Shown piece after piece: positions 60,475-64,000 of a stretch of DNA of 64,000 nt. Positions within the stretch are counted from its first letter, which is position 1. Every line of letters begins with the position of its first letter. This DNA comes from an uncultured Collinsella sp. (GTDB taxonomy: Bacteria > Actinomycetota > Coriobacteriia > Coriobacteriales > Coriobacteriaceae), in assembly GCA_905209765.1 (NCBI GenBank), contig CAJLUE010000004.1, positions 985-64,984 on the forward strand, given 5' to 3'. Both the position numbers and the translations under genes were made by a program. The notes below the pieces were generated by a model. The model saw only the letters and a list, made by a program, of their open reading frames with translations. It was not told the DNA's origin and searched no databases.

Positions 60475-61326
60475 CTACGCGCGACGGGGCTTTTGATTGA
60501 TGTGGTAGAGCTCGGCCAGGCCGCGAAGCGTCAACGCGTCATCGACCGTCAGGCTGTGGCCGACCAACGCCGCGAGCGCCTCGGCATCGTCGCCGGTGAT
60601 GACGATGGGCACGCTGCCCTCCCCCGCCGCCTTGGTCGCGCGCATCTCGGCAAGCACCATGTCGAGCATGCCGTCGATACGGGCCACCTCGCCCAAGACC
60701 ACGCCCGAGCGCATGGCCTCGCGCGTGTTGCGACCGATCACATGTGTGGGTGCCGAGGGCTCGACCTGCGGCAGGCGCGCCGCAGCGGCCGAAAGCGAGC
60801 GGGCGCCAAGTGCCAGACCCGGCGCGATGACGCCGCCGACAAAGGTTCCGCGCGCATCGATGACCTCGATATTGGTCGTAGTGCCCAGGTCGATCACGAT
60901 GCACGGAGAGCCGTAGACGGCACGGGCCGCCACGGCGTCGGCGATGCGGTCGGGGCCGATCTCGGCCGGATCGTCGTAGTGCACGGGCATGCCGGTCTTG
61001 AGGCCCGGCCCCACGGTGAGCACGCGCCCCGTGCAGGTGCGGGAAAGCGCCGCCTTCCACGGGCGCTCGAGCGCCGGCACCACGCAACTCAGCACGGCCG
61101 CCGCGGGAACGAGTACACCCGGCATGCCCGCATCGATTGCCAGCGCGCCCATGACCTGCACGAGCCTCATGCGCGCCTCGTCGGCCGTGATGCTCGACGG
61201 CGTCGTGATCTCGCACGTCGCAAGCGGGCATTCCTGTGCCGCGGCCGAATCCTCGGCAAACAGGCCAAAGCGAATGAACGTGTTGCCCACGTCGACCGTC
61301 AATATATATGTGCAGCCATTAAGCAT
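60475..61326 (-). CDS. coaX: Type III pantothenate kinase
   Basis: VDVGNT, SCVVP, IGPDR, IDLGT.T, GG.IAPG, TGD. Confidence 0.93.
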   Translation of the reverse strand: MLNGCTYILTVDVGNTFIRFGLFAEDSAAAQECPLATCEITTPSSITADEARMRLVQVMGALAIDAGMPGVLVPAAAVLSCVVPALERPWKAALSRTCTGRVLTVGPGLKTGMPVHYDDPAEIGPDRIADAVAARAVYGSPCIVIDLGTTTNIEVIDARGTFVGGVIAPGLALGARSLSAAAARLPQVEPSAPTHVIGRNTREAMRSGVVLGEVARIDGMLDMVLAEMRATKAAGEGSVPIVITGDDAEALAALVGHSLTVDDALTLRGLAELYHINQKPRRA

Positions 61327-61528
61327 CGTCGGCGCTCCTTTCGTCTGCCCAGCAGTATATCGCCTACCCAAACCAGCTAAAAAGCCCCGTCCCAAATTGA
61401 CTACCTTGCGGCTATACTGATGCGCGGTCGTGCGCGAGCTCACGCGGCGGCCCTTGGTAACCCGACTTCCCGCGCCGTATCCGTAGCGGCGCTTGCGGGG
61501 GAAGCGGATATACGCAAAGGAGTTCTAT

Positions 61529-63232
61529 ATGAGCAATCCCTCGAACCGCACCTCGATGCGCGGTCAACTCACGCTGCGCGGCGTCGTCATCGGCGTCCTT
61601 GGCTGCGTGATCATCACGGCAAGCTCGGCCTATACCGCCCTCAAAATGGGTGCGCTCCCCTGGCCGATCATTTTCGCTGCCGTCATTTCGCTGTTCTTCC
61701 TGAAGCTCATGGGCAACGCCAGCCTCAACGAGGCCAACGTCACCCACACCATCATGTCCGCGGGCGCCATGGTCGCCGGCGGCCTGGCGTTTACCATCCC
61801 GGGCGCTTGGATGCTGGGCTATGCCGACCAGATCAGCTGGCTCGACATGTTTATCGTGGCGCTCGCCGGCACCATCTTGGGCCTTCTGGCGACAGCGCTC
61901 ATCCACCGTCACTTTATCGTGGACGCCGCGCTGGAGTTCCCCACCGGCAACGCTGCAGCTCAGACCCTGCGCGCCACCGAGGCCGGCGGCAAGACCGGCA
62001 AGCAGCTCTTTGGCTCCATGGCCATCGCAGGCATCTACAGCGTGCTGCGCGACGCCCTGGGCGTAGTGCCCAGCATGCTGTGCACGCTCAATATCCCCGG
62101 CGTGACCTTTGCCATCTACAACTCGCCCATGTTACTGTCCATCGGCTTTTTGGTGGGCTTCGCCCCCGTCGCCTTCTGGTTTGCCGGCGCGCTGCTGGGC
62201 AACTTTGGCATCATCGTTGGCGGCACCGCTGCCGGCCTGTTCGATATTGTGACCGCGCAGGGTATCGTCAAGTCCCTCGGTATGGGCCTTATGATGGGCT
62301 TTGGCGTCGCCGTCGTCCTTAAGGACATCCTGCCGCAGGTCGCCGGCATCGTCCGTGGCCTCGCCGCCGACAGCTCCACCGACACCGACGAGCAGTCGCT
62401 CATCTCGGGCTCGCTTAAGCTCGACGCCGGCATCATCGGCCTGGGCACCGCTGCAATCGCCGTGATCGTTGCCATCGCGCTCGACCTCGGTCCCGTCCCG
62501 GCCGTCATCGTCACACTGTTCACCTTTGTCACCACTATCATGAGCGCTCAGAGCTGCGGCCAGACGGGTATCGACCCTATGGAGATCTTTGGCCTCATCG
62601 TCATGCTCATCGTGGCGGCCTTCGCGCAGCTCGCACAGGTCAAGCTGTTCTTTATCGCCAGCATCGTGGCCGTGGCGTGCGGCCTTGCGGGCGACGTCAT
62701 GAACGACTTTAAGGCCGGAGCCGTGCTGGGTACCAACCCGCGCGCACAGTGGGTCGGCCAGGCCATCGGCGGCATCGTGGGCGCCCTGGTCGCTGCCGCC
62801 GTCATGGTCGCGCTCGTCACCGCCTATGGTCCGGACGCCTTTGGTCCCGACAAGAGCTTTGTGGCCGCACAGGCAAGCGTGGTCGCCACCATGGTCTCGG
62901 GCATCCCGAGCGTGCCGTGGTTCGCAGGCGGCTTTATCGCCGGCATCTTCATGTACTGGCTCGGCATTCCGGCCATGATGATCGGTCTAGGCGTGTACCT
63001 GCCGTTCTACATGTCGCTCACGGCTTTCTTGGGCTCCTGCGTCAAGCTCGCCTACGACAAGTGGGCCGCACACCGCGACGCCGAGGCAGGCCTTTCGGAC
63101 GAGGAGAAGGCTGCCAAGGATGCCGCCTTCCAGGAGCAGGGCCTGGTTGTCGCCAGCGGCCTGCTGGGCGGCGAGTCCATCGTCGGCGTTATCCTGGCGT
63201 TTGTCTCTGTTGGCCTGAGCCTGCTGGGCTAA
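61529..63232 (+). CDS. OPT/YSL family oligopeptide transporter
   Basis: QLTLRG, Y..LKMG, E.N...T..SAG, FTIP, L.FP.G.AAA, DVMNDFKAG, ASGLLGGE. Confidence 0.9.
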   Translation: MSNPSNRTSMRGQLTLRGVVIGVLGCVIITASSAYTALKMGALPWPIIFAAVISLFFLKLMGNASLNEANVTHTIMSAGAMVAGGLAFTIPGAWMLGYADQISWLDMFIVALAGTILGLLATALIHRHFIVDAALEFPTGNAAAQTLRATEAGGKTGKQLFGSMAIAGIYSVLRDALGVVPSMLCTLNIPGVTFAIYNSPMLLSIGFLVGFAPVAFWFAGALLGNFGIIVGGTAAGLFDIVTAQGIVKSLGMGLMMGFGVAVVLKDILPQVAGIVRGLAADSSTDTDEQSLISGSLKLDAGIIGLGTAAIAVIVAIALDLGPVPAVIVTLFTFVTTIMSAQSCGQTGIDPMEIFGLIVMLIVAAFAQLAQVKLFFIASIVAVACGLAGDVMNDFKAGAVLGTNPRAQWVGQAIGGIVGALVAAAVMVALVTAYGPDAFGPDKSFVAAQASVVATMVSGIPSVPWFAGGFIAGIFMYWLGIPAMMIGLGVYLPFYMSLTAFLGSCVKLAYDKWAAHRDAEAGLSDEEKAAKDAAFQEQGLVVASGLLGGESIVGVILAFVSVGLSLLG

Positions 63233-63446
63233 ACCCAACAACAACGTACCCGTGCAGAGCGCGGGGTCGGAGACCATCCGGCCCCGCGCTTTTCTGTATC
63301 TGCCGAAACCCTCGGCTTCAACCTCATTTGACGCGCCCCCTTTACCTACTCGTCTAAGTTTCACGTCAAGATGACCACCCCACCTGCCGCGGTGTAGAGT
63401 AGAGGCAGCGGGCGCGATGCATAGCCCGCGGCGAAGCGAGGTGAAC

Positions 63447-64000
63447 ATGAAACTCGATAACCAGCAGCTCAAGCGACTGCGCGAGCGCCATCACCGGCGC
63501 CACGGCATCCGCCCTGCCTATAGCGAGGTCATGGAGAACGCCGGCCGCTTCCTGAGGCGCGCATTCAACATTCGCGAGGGTCGCGCCCCCTATCACGTGA
63601 TTCGCAAGCGCTTTGTAAACGGGGCGCGCCTGACCGGCTCTCACCTGTGCATCCTCATCATCGCCATGCTCATCGCGAGCATCGGCCTCGATATCGATTC
63701 GGACATCGCCATTGTGGGCGCCATGCTCATCTGCCCGCTCATGGGCTCGGTCCTTGCCATGGCATACGGCATCGCCACGCTCGACCGTGAGATTACCCTC
63801 GAGGCAATTGCCGGCCTCGCGCTGCAGATGGTCCTTTGCCTGATCACTTCCACGCTGTATTTTAAGCTCTCGCCCCTTGGCACCACCACGGCCGCCATCA
63901 TCGATAACTCGACACCCACCGTATGGGACCTTGCCGTCGCGCTCGCGGGCGGCTTTGCGGGCGGGCTGGGTAACTCGCGCGACCAGGAGCCTTCGACGCT
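63447..64000 (+). CDS. DUF389 family membrane protein; runs off the window end
   Basis: Manual translation: MKLDNQ...IASIGLDIDSDIAIVGAMLICPLMG...PTVWDLAVALAGG. Confidence 0.82.
   Translation, partial: MKLDNQQLKRLRERHHRRHGIRPAYSEVMENAGRFLRRAFNIREGRAPYHVIRKRFVNGARLTGSHLCILIIAMLIASIGLDIDSDIAIVGAMLICPLMGSVLAMAYGIATLDREITLEAIAGLALQMVLCLITSTLYFKLSPLGTTTAAIIDNSTPTVWDLAVALAGGFAGGLGNSRDQEPST

Overview
High-GC bacterial chromosomal window, mostly on the minus strand. Gene content and order (veg-ispE, disA-ispD-ispF-cysS-rlmB, amaP-asp23 in a GC-rich genome) suggest a Coriobacteriia gut anaerobe such as Collinsella; this is an inference. Most of it is housekeeping: rlmB, cysS, ispDEF, disA, pepD, clpC, lysS, greA, tatA, dtd, rdgB, rph, murI, murE, asnB, argCJBD, groESL, yebC, lgt, coaX, tRNA-Pro(CGG), tRNA-Val(TAC), a yybP-ykoY riboswitch before mntP and an FMN riboswitch before an ECF transporter. 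The less ordinary parts are: (1) a hipBA-like toxin-antitoxin pair with three operators at exact 27-bp spacing; (2) a 1479-aa single-chain 2-hydroxyacyl-CoA dehydratase/activator-type Fe-S protein with its own TetR and a palindromic operator; (3) a LysRS fused to a C-terminal tRNA-binding domain; (4) a zinc-ribbon/DUF4234/DUF2752 membrane-protein trio; (5) a tRNA-Val 3'-end duplication that carries an anti-T-arm sequence; and (6) many intergenic palindromic elements, including a family with variable stems and a conserved GGG(G)(A/T)C(A/G)GG-type loop that often sits just after stop codons. No transposase, integrase or CRISPR array was seen. Family assignments are from motif recognition by eye; no database searches were run.
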